From positions 18,834 to 82,833 of the IMG/VR virus record IMGVR_UViG_3300033553_000478: a DNA stretch of 64,000 nt; one strand, given 5' to 3'. This document shows, piece by piece, positions 9,441 through 17,650 of the stretch (within the stretch, counting starts at the first letter, position 1; each line of letters opens with the position of its first letter). Below the pieces are notes generated by a model, which saw only the letters and a list, made by a program, of their open reading frames with translations, searched no databases and was not told where the DNA came from. The stretch comes from a virus. Both the position numbers and the translations under genes were made by a program.

Positions 9441-10237
9441 AATGTTGAAAATTGAAGTTTATTTAAAAATTTATGTAAAGCTTTATTCCACCTGGCATCA
9501 GCCAGCGCGTTATGTTCATCTTTTTGTTGGGGATAATCAGGTAATGTTTTTACCCATTTATGGTGATCCTCCCGGGATATTGGAAAAGTTCCATTTTCGT
9601 GCATTCTCGCTCTTTCTGGCATTTCAATATGCCACATAGTAGCTTGAAGGGTAATTTCATCTTGCAGCTGCTTCAAGTCCAAGCAATACATAGGAAAACC
9701 CTTAGGCAGATCCATCATTGTACCGAATAACTGGCAGAAAACAACCCAATCATAATCGGCATAATACGCCCAGAACTCAGGTTCAGCAGGTATCTTAATC
9801 TCTTCCGGTGGATTCACAAACATCAACACTTCTGTAGCAATTTTCTTATTGCTTTTCCCGTAAAAATTGATCAATAATTTCAGGTGATATTTAGTAAAAC
9901 CTGCACCAGCTGTACCAAAATACCTTCTAACAAAATTTTGATCGTGAATTGATTCTGCTTTAAACTCCCGAAATATTGGAAGCAGTACATTCTTCCGGAT
10001 CCATTTGTTTTTCCAGGCGTGGTCCAGATTAAAATCTTTGGAAACAGCATAATACTCTCTGGAAGATTTATACTTATCAGAAGTATGTCCCTCCCGGGTA
10101 CTAAACAGAGGCGCTTCCTCTGAAACAATCCCTATACTTATCAGATCAATAGTTGGTTTGGTCTTGCCATAAGTGTAACCAAAAAACTTTTTAGGTTGGG
10201 GCCCCTCAATAAATTCAGTGTCTAAATAATATCTCAT
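9437..10237 (-). CDS. DEDDh 3'-5' exo(ribo)nuclease, Rv2179c-like
   Basis: YLDTEFIE, LISIGIV, YYADYDWVVFCQLFG, HNALADARW. Confidence 0.85.
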   Translation of the reverse strand: MRYYLDTEFIEGPQPKKFFGYTYGKTKPTIDLISIGIVSEEAPLFSTREGHTSDKYKSSREYYAVSKDFNLDHAWKNKWIRKNVLLPIFREFKAESIHDQNFVRRYFGTAGAGFTKYHLKLLINFYGKSNKKIATEVLMFVNPPEEIKIPAEPEFWAYYADYDWVVFCQLFGTMMDLPKGFPMYCLDLKQLQDEITLQATMWHIEMPERARMHENGTFPISREDHHKWVKTLPDYPQQKDEHNALADARWNKALHKFLNKLQFSTL

Positions 10238-10249
10238 TTTTCTTCTTTG

Positions 10250-10405
10250 TTACGCAAACCAAATCACTACCAGTCCTACACCGATAGCACATATAATTAC
10301 AAAATACAAGTAAGTAATCCTCTCAAGATTGCGACGCCAGAATTTCTCCCAATTCATTTTCATTACATCATCTATCTTAAGTTCCACTTCTTTACTTCTT
10401 CTCAT
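10250..10405 (-). CDS. Small membrane protein (51 aa)
   Basis: Manual translation MRRSKEVELK...YLYFVIICAIGVGLVVIWFA; fills operon gap. Confidence 0.6.
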   Translation of the reverse strand: MRRSKEVELKIDDVMKMNWEKFWRRNLERITYLYFVIICAIGVGLVVIWFA

Positions 10406-10408
10406 TCT

Positions 10409-10651
10409 TTACTTTTTTTCCTTCCCCACAAAAGAGTTGAATAGATTTGATGTTATCTGTGGGTACTGGTACTCTAAAAACTCTACCTCTGGGGTAGAGT
10501 TTAAGAGGATAATACCTTGGGTTTTCCAGCGTTTCATAAATTCATCCACGTCGAAGTCTTCTGGTATTTGAGCTACAGGATAAACCAATATACTTGCATC
10601 CTCAAAGGTTAGATACTGCAGTCCTAAAATCGGGTGATAGTGAAAGAACAT
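10409..10651 (-). CDS. Hypothetical protein
   Basis: 80 aa, coupled to upstream ORF. Confidence 0.6.
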   Translation of the reverse strand: MFFHYHPILGLQYLTFEDASILVYPVAQIPEDFDVDEFMKRWKTQGIILLNSTPEVEFLEYQYPQITSNLFNSFVGKEKK

Positions 10652-10938
10652 TAATGCCTCGGCTTAATTAAAATGGATCCCTCGTGATTTTTATTTGTGA
10701 TAAATCCGCGATGCTCAGCCAAAAGCCTACGAATAATCGTATCTCTTAAGTGGTCTTGACAGTGATTTCCGTATTCTGCGTCAGGATCAATAAATACTTG
10801 GTCTTTTTTGAAGCCATATACTTTTGCTTCATTATTTCTATCCAAATGTGGCACTATAATTAGCCCTTTATTCTCAGGCTTGAAAATAGCTTGAATAGCT
10901 TCATCTACTGTTCTGGTAGTTTTTCCGTCTCTGCGCAT
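10651..10938 (-). CDS. Hypothetical protein
   Basis: 95 aa; begins RRDGKTTR (P-loop-like fragment). Confidence 0.6.
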   Translation of the reverse strand: MRRDGKTTRTVDEAIQAIFKPENKGLIIVPHLDRNNEAKVYGFKKDQVFIDPDAEYGNHCQDHLRDTIIRRLLAEHRGFITNKNHEGSILIKPRH

Positions 10939-11064
10939 TTATTTAAGTTTGTATTGGTTGATTTTCTTACGCATATCTGAAGCCACACCCAGCTTCAATC
11001 TCCAATCCTTAGATAGTTTCACCCCCAGTTTAAACTTGCTGAGCAGCTTTTTAAACTTTCTCAT
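10939..11064 (-). CDS. Small, highly basic protein (41 aa)
   Basis: Manual translation MRKFKKLLSKFKLGVKLSKDWRLKLGVASDMRKKINQYKLK; fills gap. Confidence 0.5.
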   Translation of the reverse strand: MRKFKKLLSKFKLGVKLSKDWRLKLGVASDMRKKINQYKLK

Positions 11065-11248
11065 TGTCCAGACAGTATACTAATTTGTTAATACAGTTTT
11101 GCACAGACTTCAGATCATCTACAGAAACTTCTTTGTTTCTGAAAGCAATATCGAATCTTAATTGATTCTTATCGTAAAATAGAACCGCATTGCCATGATC
11201 AAATCTATAGAGGCCAACACCTCTTTCCAATGAATTGTCCTCAGCCAT
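11051..11248 (-). CDS. Hypothetical protein
   Basis: 65 aa, TAATG-coupled to upstream ORF. Confidence 0.6.
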   Translation of the reverse strand: MAEDNSLERGVGLYRFDHGNAVLFYDKNQLRFDIAFRNKEVSVDDLKSVQNCINKLVYCLDNEKV

Positions 11249-11397
11249 TACTTACGCTTCTTTTTCTTAGGAGTAGTATTTGAACCGCGGCGATACTTCC
11301 CGTATTTAGCATCATTAGATTCCTTTTCGACTTCATTTTTGTAATCTTCTTCTTCTGTAAAGATCTCAGGATTATTATAGCCTCTATTTGTATTCAT
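11248..11397 (-). CDS. Small hypothetical protein (49 aa)
   Basis: Manual translation MNTNRGYNNPEIF...YRRGSNTTPKKKKRK. Confidence 0.55.
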   Translation of the reverse strand: MNTNRGYNNPEIFTEEEDYKNEVEKESNDAKYGKYRRGSNTTPKKKKRK

Positions 11398-11466
11398 AAC
11401 TTAACAATGTTTTGGCTAATGTAGTTAAAAACGTCATAATGTCGCAAGGGCAAGTGTAAAAATTTC

Positions 11467-11500
11467 AAAAAAAAATGCCCGTAGCAATAACTACAGGCAT
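11467..11500 (-). terminator. Intrinsic terminator after tRNA-like gene
   Basis: Minus strand ATGCCTGTAG-ttattg-CTACGGGCAT followed by a T run. Confidence 0.8.
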
Positions 11501-11502
11501 TG

Positions 11503-11607
11503 TGCAGAGGGCAGGGATCGAACCTACACGATAAATTTGTCTATTGCTACCTATCAAGCCAACCGTTGCGACCGGTACACTGCGGCTTCCACTTTCGCCA
11601 CCTCTGC
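11503..11607 (-). tRNA. Atypical tRNA-like gene (Leu-like D/T arms, enlarged central region; anticodon uncertain)
   Basis: Acceptor GCAGAGG/CCTCTGC plus A; D arm TGGCGAAAGTGGAAGCCGC; T arm GTAGG-TTCGATC-CCTGC; about 52 nt between D and T arms; no encoded CCA. Confidence 0.65.
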
Positions 11608-11860
11608 CATATATCGTTTTAACCCTTTAGCTTCGATCGAATTCGATTTCGTGAGCTAAGGTACTCTGCGACAGATTGACGCGCAAGAAAAATCTCGAAA
11701 AATTTCAAAAAAAATTTCCAGAATTTGTACGGGCGAGTGGTTAATAGTGAATTATCCCCCACCCTTCTTTCGTTTTTGGGGTGCCCCCGGCTTCGCCGGA
11801 AACTCAAAAAAGAGAGTCCGATAGGGTATCGGGCGATATAATCTCATAAACATAAATCAA

Positions 11861-12130
11861 ATGAGAAATCCATTCACTTCCAGCGCCATTAGGCGCAACA
11901 CTGCAACTGTAATCTCTACGGTTGCCAAGCACTCACACTTCATAGTTCAGTCTTCAGCTGATGCTATTGCACACACTGAGGGCTACCTCAACAGCAAGCT
12001 CACAGCTATCAACGCTGAGCAATCTGTCAACCATCGCAGGTTATCTACCAAGATCACCCAAGCAGCCATCCAACAGAGGGCAGCTAAATTGACTAATAAC
12101 CTTACCTCACGCTTCACAGCAGCTGAGTAA
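11861..12130 (+). CDS. Early hypothetical protein (paralog of 15294..15608)
   Basis: First plus-strand gene; aligns by eye with the 15294 ORF. Confidence 0.7.
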   Translation: MRNPFTSSAIRRNTATVISTVAKHSHFIVQSSADAIAHTEGYLNSKLTAINAEQSVNHRRLSTKITQAAIQQRAAKLTNNLTSRFTAAE

Positions 12131-12161
12131 ACTCAATAACAAATCACTTAAATCATTTATT

Positions 12162-12311
12162 ATGACAACTATCTATCAAGTATTGAAAGCATTCGCCCTA
12201 TTAACATTCGTATTCATCTGTCTATGGACAGGATACCTGTATGTTCCACTCATCGTAATGATGTGCCTTGGCATCTGGGCAATAGTATTAACCTTCAAAA
12301 CTTCCAAGTAA
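12162..12311 (+). CDS. Small two-TM membrane protein (49 aa)
   Basis: Manual translation MTTIYQVLKAFALLTFVFICLWTGYLYVPLIVMMCLGIWAIVLTFKTSK; TAATG-coupled to next gene. Confidence 0.65.
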   Translation: MTTIYQVLKAFALLTFVFICLWTGYLYVPLIVMMCLGIWAIVLTFKTSK

Positions 12312-12454
12312 TGGACCAACATCTATTCTCCGCACCAAGCTATCCTGAAAGGATCATCACCACTGTTCGAGCTGTTCACAAGTTCGACACACGTGAAGAG
12401 GCAATTGCGTGGCTCGCAAGCAAACCAGCCGATAAAACTCAAGAAGAGGCATAG
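12311..12454 (+). CDS. Small hypothetical protein
   Basis: MDQHLFSAPSYP...; coupled start at 12311 more likely than the track's 12224. Confidence 0.55.
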   Translation: MDQHLFSAPSYPERIITTVRAVHKFDTREEAIAWLASKPADKTQEEA

Positions 12455-12498
12455 CCTCATTAATAAACTCAAGAATAATAACTATTAAATTCAAGATT

Positions 12499-12921
12499 AT
12501 GAAAACTTCAAGACCGCGTATCAATCGTTATGACCACATCAACGTACTTCACGAAGATGCACCCATCTACATTCTGGACAACACCAAGCGCAAGCGCAGG
12601 ATCCCAGCTGTAGTAGTAGCATCACTACGTGATAACCAACGTATGCCATCATACACCAAGGCCTGCAATGATCTATTCCCATATCGCAAGATATCTGCAA
12701 TGATCATCAGAGCCATCAACAAAGGCAAAGCCTTCACCTATCGTAATGATAACCTCAGCGATGAGGTAGCACTCGATACCACTCCTGTTCACAGAACAGC
12801 AAACATCACCCAGGAGTTCATCGAGCGGCAACGCGAGAGCATCAAGAACTACGGCAAGCGACTTCCCAAGAATGAAGAAAGCCAGGCATCAGCCCAGCTT
12901 CCTATTCTTCAAGTTGCGTAA
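12499..12921 (+). CDS. Hypothetical protein
   Basis: 140 aa, AT-rich start context (TCAAGATTATG). Confidence 0.7.
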   Translation: MKTSRPRINRYDHINVLHEDAPIYILDNTKRKRRIPAVVVASLRDNQRMPSYTKACNDLFPYRKISAMIIRAINKGKAFTYRNDNLSDEVALDTTPVHRTANITQEFIERQRESIKNYGKRLPKNEESQASAQLPILQVA

Positions 12922-12996
12922 CCAGCGCCAGAAAATCAGATGTCGAAGACAATGAATTAAACAGGAACCAGTAAAGAAGAGCAACAAATATAATGA

Positions 12997-13395
12997 TTAT
13001 TTATAATCAAGCTGGCCCATATTAACAGGTTTTTCACGCTTTAGCTTAAACAATCTGTGCAAATAATCCAGCTGCCTTCTACTGGTGTATCTAATCCGCA
13101 ACGGACTAACATAATGGTCCTTGCCCTGATACACTATGAAGCCTGTATCTACAAGCTCCTTCCTATACTTAGAGAAATGCTGAGATCTTTCGAAGCCAAA
13201 ATCACTGTAATCACCTGTAACTATCAGGTCTTGCACATCAAGGCCAGCTCCAATACGCTGTATAATATCCATTAGGAGCTTACGAGCAGCCTTGCTGAGG
13301 TTCGCATAAGCCTCAAGGCTATCAGCACATAACTCAAAAGTTCTCTTGCGGTTTATTAAGTCTGAGGTAACTCTGTTCTTAATCATATCGACCAT
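12997..13395 (-). CDS. RepL-like winged-helix protein
   Basis: LSKAARKLLMDII...SKYRKELVDTGFIV...HYVSP resembles RepL/wHTH; lone minus-strand gene next to repeat arrays. Confidence 0.6.
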   Translation of the reverse strand: MVDMIKNRVTSDLINRKRTFELCADSLEAYANLSKAARKLLMDIIQRIGAGLDVQDLIVTGDYSDFGFERSQHFSKYRKELVDTGFIVYQGKDHYVSPLRIRYTSRRQLDYLHRLFKLKREKPVNMGQLDYK

Positions 13396-13486
13396 AATTT
13401 AGCGGGGGAGGAAATTTCCTATTTAATTATTAATATTCATTTGTCTTCATTTCAATTAATCTTCATCTTGTCTGATTACGCAGTAG

Positions 13487-13519
13487 CAAATATAGAATTA
13501 TTTAATTCATATCTGCAAA
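13487..13519 (-). promoter_or_regulatory. Bacteroidota housekeeping promoter for RepL-like gene
   Basis: Minus strand TTTG (13516-19)-N21-TATATTTG (13487-94), a full consensus match. Confidence 0.7.
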
Positions 13520-13533
13520 TCAATTAAAAAAAA

Positions 13534-13622
13534 GTTACACAAATCTATGTAACTATTGCAAAAAAAAAGTTACACACATCTGTGTAAGTCCTGAATATAA
13601 AAGTTACACACATCTGTGTAAC
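13534..13622. repeat. Three 20-bp palindromic repeats GTTACACAnATCTrTGTAAs
   Basis: Copies at 13534, 13569 and 13603, each preceded by an A tract. Confidence 0.9.
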
Positions 13623-13749
13623 CGATATCGCCGCAATCGACTGACAATCAATACATTCTAAAAATAAATTTGAACGTATTACTATATATGTCTGTCAAGG
13701 ACAGGATAAATCTTGTACACACAAGCTCAAATCAATCTCAATAAATACA

Positions 13750-13908
13750 TCTTGAGAATATCTGTAGAATGTCTGTAAACAAACGGTAAGCGCTACACGC
13801 TTTTCTCTTGGGGAATTCTCTTGAGAAACACCTTGAGAAGTATCTTGAGATAACTCTTAAGAACATCGGTTGCAACATCTATCAAGCATCTATCGAAATA
13901 TCTATGAT
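13750..13908. repeat. Short 11-12 bp-period repeats (CTTGAGA, ATCTAT, TCTGTA)
   Basis: CTTGAGA at 13750, 13820, 13832, 13844, with variants at 13807 and 13856; ATCTAT at 13877, 13888, 13900. Confidence 0.75.
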
Positions 13909-13983
13909 AATTCGGTAATCAATCTCGTATGGCTATAGTAGTCATACGCTCAAAAATTGTTGAATCATTTAAGTTAAAACGTT

Positions 13984-14445
13984 ATGAACAATTCAGTAAG
14001 CATCCACGAAGTAGTAATTGGTTACAAGGTTACATCTGTAAACTTTGCTAAGCAAGTCTGTAATGTCACTGTCTTCGTAGACAGGGATAAGTCTGGTACT
14101 GGTAAGGAGCAGAACTTTAAGAAAGTGAAGCTATCAAGTCTATTGGCTTGGAGGCTTCAACACCAAGAAGATCGTTACACGATCGGGAAATGGTATTGTG
14201 GTTACAATACCTCTGAGAACAGGAAAGAGAATCCTTTCCAAATAATTAAATATACTGATAAGGTCACCTTTGAAGAATGTTTAATGATCGCTCCTGTGGA
14301 ACAAAGGAGCAAATACACTCCTGTCAGCTATGATGCCTTTGGCAACAAGATGGTAGGAGATATTAAGTACAGATTTCATAAACGAGAGTTTTATACTCGA
14401 TGGAGAAATTTAGTACGAACAAATAAAAAGTTTGAGAAAGCTTAA
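13984..14445 (+). CDS. Hypothetical protein
   Basis: 153 aa followed by terminator. Confidence 0.7.
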   Translation: MNNSVSIHEVVIGYKVTSVNFAKQVCNVTVFVDRDKSGTGKEQNFKKVKLSSLLAWRLQHQEDRYTIGKWYCGYNTSENRKENPFQIIKYTDKVTFEECLMIAPVEQRSKYTPVSYDAFGNKMVGDIKYRFHKREFYTRWRNLVRTNKKFEKA

Positions 14446-14457
14446 ATAAATAACAAT

Positions 14458-14494
14458 GCCCTTCACCCCTTACGGGGGTGAGGGCTTTTGTTTT
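14458..14494 (+). terminator. Intrinsic terminator
   Basis: GC-rich stem GCCCTTCACCCC...GGGGTGAGGGC followed by TTTTGTTTT. Confidence 0.85.
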
Positions 14495-14606
14495 ACTTCC
14501 CTTTAATAAACTCATAAACACCTATCCTCTGTGACATATCGCAGTGGATCCTATTACCAATCAATAATTATTCTATAAGCTGGCGAGCATAGTACGCCTC
14601 AAGATT

Positions 14607-15266
14607 ATGAAAACTACAATCCTTGTATCCGCTAAATTCATTGAAGTAACAATCTCTGGTATCACTATCGTGATCAATCCAAAGAATCTATTCAAAGATC
14701 TGCAAACTCTCAAAGCATTCTGGAATAACATTATTCCGGAAGAGCGCAAAGAGAGTGTAGCTGGTTTTGGCTTCGATGAGTTCCTTGAGAACATCGAGAA
14801 ATACAAACCATTTGTTGAGACCTTTATGGAATGCTTCACATTCCAGGACGGGGCCAAATCAACAATGATCATAAATGAAGATGGCACAGTTAATATGCAT
14901 AGCACTGCTCAGTCAGCCACATTCAACTTCAAAAAATACATCCAGCTGCTATCTGATATCAGTAAGCTGCAGGAGGAATCATTCAAAGCTAAATACGAAG
15001 CTGAGGAATCCGAAGAAGAAGAGCACAGGTACTGGTTCCAAGTGGAATCTTGTACTCAACCTGTAACAGCTCATAACCTTGCTGAAGCATTAGAGTTTGA
15101 CGTAGATCAAATCCTCGAAGCTGTAACAGAATTCGCTGATGAGAATGTACATCCTCACGAGCATTTAACCAGAACTAAAATACATATGTTCTCTGAAGCA
15201 TTCAGATGGAAATGCATTATACAACGTGATGGTGAGGTAACAATCATTAACACCTCAGCTGAATAA
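14607..15266 (+). CDS. Hypothetical protein
   Basis: 219 aa, acidic. Confidence 0.7.
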   Translation: MKTTILVSAKFIEVTISGITIVINPKNLFKDLQTLKAFWNNIIPEERKESVAGFGFDEFLENIEKYKPFVETFMECFTFQDGAKSTMIINEDGTVNMHSTAQSATFNFKKYIQLLSDISKLQEESFKAKYEAEESEEEEHRYWFQVESCTQPVTAHNLAEALEFDVDQILEAVTEFADENVHPHEHLTRTKIHMFSEAFRWKCIIQRDGEVTIINTSAE

Positions 15267-15293
15267 TAACTATTAATCCTTAATTCAATTCAA

Positions 15294-15608
15294 ATGAAAA
15301 ATCCATTTAAAAAAGGCACTAAGCTTGCCACCGTTACCAGTAAAGTTATATCTCACGTAATGGGAGATTTTCACTTCTTATTCAAAACCTCAGCTGACAT
15401 AACAGCCAGGGCTGAATCAAAGATCGTGAACAAACTTACCGGACGTGCACCTTCCTCAGTCATTGAGGACAGGCACAATCGTACTGAGGCCACTCAGACG
15501 ATGATCATTGACAAGTCTAAACAACTTGGCAAAACCCTCACCTCATTCTTCCACGCAGTGGATGATGCAGCTGTGGACGCAGTTCAACAAACTGAATTCA
15601 ATAACTAA
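15294..15608 (+). CDS. Early hypothetical protein (paralog of 11861..12130)
   Basis: MKNPF...VISHV...HF...SAD...KLT shared with the 11861 ORF. Confidence 0.7.
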   Translation: MKNPFKKGTKLATVTSKVISHVMGDFHFLFKTSADITARAESKIVNKLTGRAPSSVIEDRHNRTEATQTMIIDKSKQLGKTLTSFFHAVDDAAVDAVQQTEFNN

Positions 15609-15964
15609 TGAAGAAGTCAACTAAAGGTGGCCTGATGTTCCTTGGAATAATCGTGGCTGCCTTTATGATTGGCGACTATATCCTATCAGCAACATTCTTT
15701 GGAATCGTTATGCTGGTAGGCTTAGTCGTCCTCGTAGAATCAATGAGCCCATTAAAATGGTTCGTAAGAAAAACATCAAAAATAATTGATGTATTAATCT
15801 TCGGAGTAACCGCAATATCAATGGCCTCTTTCGGACTCAATATGACCGCCGCTCTAACAATAGCAGGGGTGGGATATACTTTAGTCTATGCACCCTACTT
15901 GCGTGAGCAATCACCTAAGAAACAGCCAAGAGCTGATTACAGTCAAAACTTCAATCGTAAATAA
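15608..15964 (+). CDS. Multi-TM membrane protein
   Basis: About four hydrophobic segments in 118 aa. Confidence 0.75.
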   Translation: MKKSTKGGLMFLGIIVAAFMIGDYILSATFFGIVMLVGLVVLVESMSPLKWFVRKTSKIIDVLIFGVTAISMASFGLNMTAALTIAGVGYTLVYAPYLREQSPKKQPRADYSQNFNRK

Positions 15965-15966
15965 TT

Positions 15967-16206
15967 ATGTATACAGACAGTAGCACAACTGACCAATTTC
16001 CTAAAACACTGCTTATTCATAACACCAAGGGTGGAGCAGTATGGCAAGTGTATCACGTTCAAGCTGAACACGAAGCTGAAAAACTATCCAGCAATGCTGA
16101 TAAGAATGGCTTTCAGTACAGGGAACTTGTAGACCATACCAACGAAGAAGAAACATTTCCTGACTGGAGAGAAACACCAGGAGGGAAAGAAATAATTCAA
16201 CCGTAA
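15967..16206 (+). CDS. Hypothetical protein
   Basis: 79 aa, in operon. Confidence 0.65.
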   Translation: MYTDSSTTDQFPKTLLIHNTKGGAVWQVYHVQAEHEAEKLSSNADKNGFQYRELVDHTNEEETFPDWRETPGGKEIIQP

Positions 16207-16211
16207 ATAAA

Positions 16212-16373
16212 ATGGGAGATAGAATTCAAGTCCAGTTTAACAATGATAAACTGATCAAGAAAACAGGATATATAGATGGTTACATCTTCATTCCTTTCAA
16301 AGGTATTCACGCTCTTGTAATATCTGAAAATCTAATCGTCGAAGTCCATATCGACGCAATAATAGTTTACTAA
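16212..16373 (+). CDS. Small hypothetical protein (53 aa)
   Basis: Manual translation MGDRIQVQFNNDKLIKKTGYIDGY...; fills gap. Confidence 0.55.
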   Translation: MGDRIQVQFNNDKLIKKTGYIDGYIFIPFKGIHALVISENLIVEVHIDAIIVY

Positions 16374-16375
16374 TT

Positions 16376-16651
16376 ATGGCAAATGAAGATAACAAGAAGC
16401 CTCTGAATATATCAGTGGCTTACATCACAAAGGAGCTCAAGAAAGACAACAGGATCTATCGCGGAGTTATGTATTACGGCGAAGATAATCGCCCCAAATA
16501 TATGCGAGCAGTAGAATTCAAGACCGATGGCTACGGCCAATTCGTAAAGCATTGCTTCGATGAAGCATTCAGGTTTGTAGGTGGAGAAGATAAATACTAT
16601 CTCGGAACCTCAGACTTTCACAACATTGAAACCTTTAATCCCGGAACATAA
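16376..16651 (+). CDS. Hypothetical protein
   Basis: 91 aa, coupled to RadC-like gene. Confidence 0.65.
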   Translation: MANEDNKKPLNISVAYITKELKKDNRIYRGVMYYGEDNRPKYMRAVEFKTDGYGQFVKHCFDEAFRFVGGEDKYYLGTSDFHNIETFNPGT

Positions 16652-17103
16652 TGATCACTTACCAAACACCTTGTTACAAATTCAGGATTATAAAAGAGCC
16701 TAATATGAAAGCTGCAAGATGCAAAATACAAAGCTCTTCCTGCATTTCAGAATATATGAAGGCATATCATTATGCCGATGATATCTCAGTATATGAATCC
16801 TTCTGGATCATACTTCTGAATAACGCGAATAATACAATGGGATCCCATTTAATCTCAAGCGGTTCAATAACAGGATGCCTGGTGGATATAAGACTTATAG
16901 CGAAATATGCGCTGGAAGTTCTGGCCACCTCAATCATTCTGGTGCACAATCACCCAAGTGGTAATTTGCACCCCAGTGAAGCTGACAAGCAAATCACCAA
17001 GAAAATAATGACTGGTCTCGAAAATTTAGACATAAAAGTTCTGGACCACATCATTGTAACTGATGAAAGCTATTTCAGCTTTGCAGATGAAGGCTTACTT
17101 TAG
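16651..17103 (+). CDS. radC: RadC-like JAB/MPN domain protein
   Basis: ESFWIILLN...ILVHNHPSGNLHPSEAD...VLDHIIV...SFADEGLL. Confidence 0.92.
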   Translation: MITYQTPCYKFRIIKEPNMKAARCKIQSSSCISEYMKAYHYADDISVYESFWIILLNNANNTMGSHLISSGSITGCLVDIRLIAKYALEVLATSIILVHNHPSGNLHPSEADKQITKKIMTGLENLDIKVLDHIIVTDESYFSFADEGLL

Positions 17104-17188
17104 CAGAATGAAAAGAGAAGATGTAATCTTTGTGGCTGCCATCTACATAGGTTTGTGGATACTGAACTTAATGTGTTAAATATTTCTA

Positions 17189-17196
17189 TATATTTG
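17189..17196 (+). promoter_or_regulatory. -7 box TATATTTG
   Basis: TAnnTTTG upstream of ATG 17233. Confidence 0.55.
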
Positions 17197-17232
17197 TTAC
17201 TCATTGAATTCAATAACTCAAATCTATTAATT

Positions 17233-17589
17233 ATGGGAGCCTCTCCAAGAAAAGATTACGGCGCTGCTGCAGTAGTGCCGTTATCAAATCCAACCGTTAA
17301 GCGTGTAATGACGCAAAACGCCCCCTTCTCAATTCAGGCAACAGGTCACGATCTTGTACCAGGGAAACATATTCCCCTGACAAGCGAGAATCTTGACGCC
17401 TTGGTAACAGGTACGCGAGTACTTGATGTACCTCAAGAGAAGTATGTCAAAGCTGTAACCTCAAACTTAGGGGTGTTAACCTCTGCAGATATTGGGCACA
17501 GAAATGACAAAGGTGAAGAAGTCGTAAAGACTTATACCAAAGCAGAATTATTAGCATCTACGACAATATTTTTGGCGAAGGTTATATAA
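17233..17589 (+). CDS. Hypothetical protein in a stand-alone transcription unit
   Basis: Likely start MGASPRK at 17233; flanked by promoter box and terminator. Confidence 0.65.
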   Translation: MGASPRKDYGAAAVVPLSNPTVKRVMTQNAPFSIQATGHDLVPGKHIPLTSENLDALVTGTRVLDVPQEKYVKAVTSNLGVLTSADIGHRNDKGEEVVKTYTKAELLASTTIFLAKVI

Positions 17590-17607
17590 TTCTTAAATCA
17601 ATTATTC

Positions 17608-17640
17608 AAGGGAGCTGTATCAACAGCTCCCTTTTAATTT
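17608..17640 (+). terminator. Intrinsic terminator
   Basis: AAGGGAGCTGT-atca-ACAGCTCCCTT followed by T-rich tail. Confidence 0.85.
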
Positions 17641-17650
17641 AATTAAAACT

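Noticed and set aside
11619-11807. 62-aa minus-strand ORF
   Set aside because: Lies over the low-complexity, hairpin-rich divergent region and lacks an ATG start
13534-13622. Mini CRISPR array
   Set aside because: Only three 20-bp repeats with 14-15 bp A-rich gaps, too short for spacers; no cas genes
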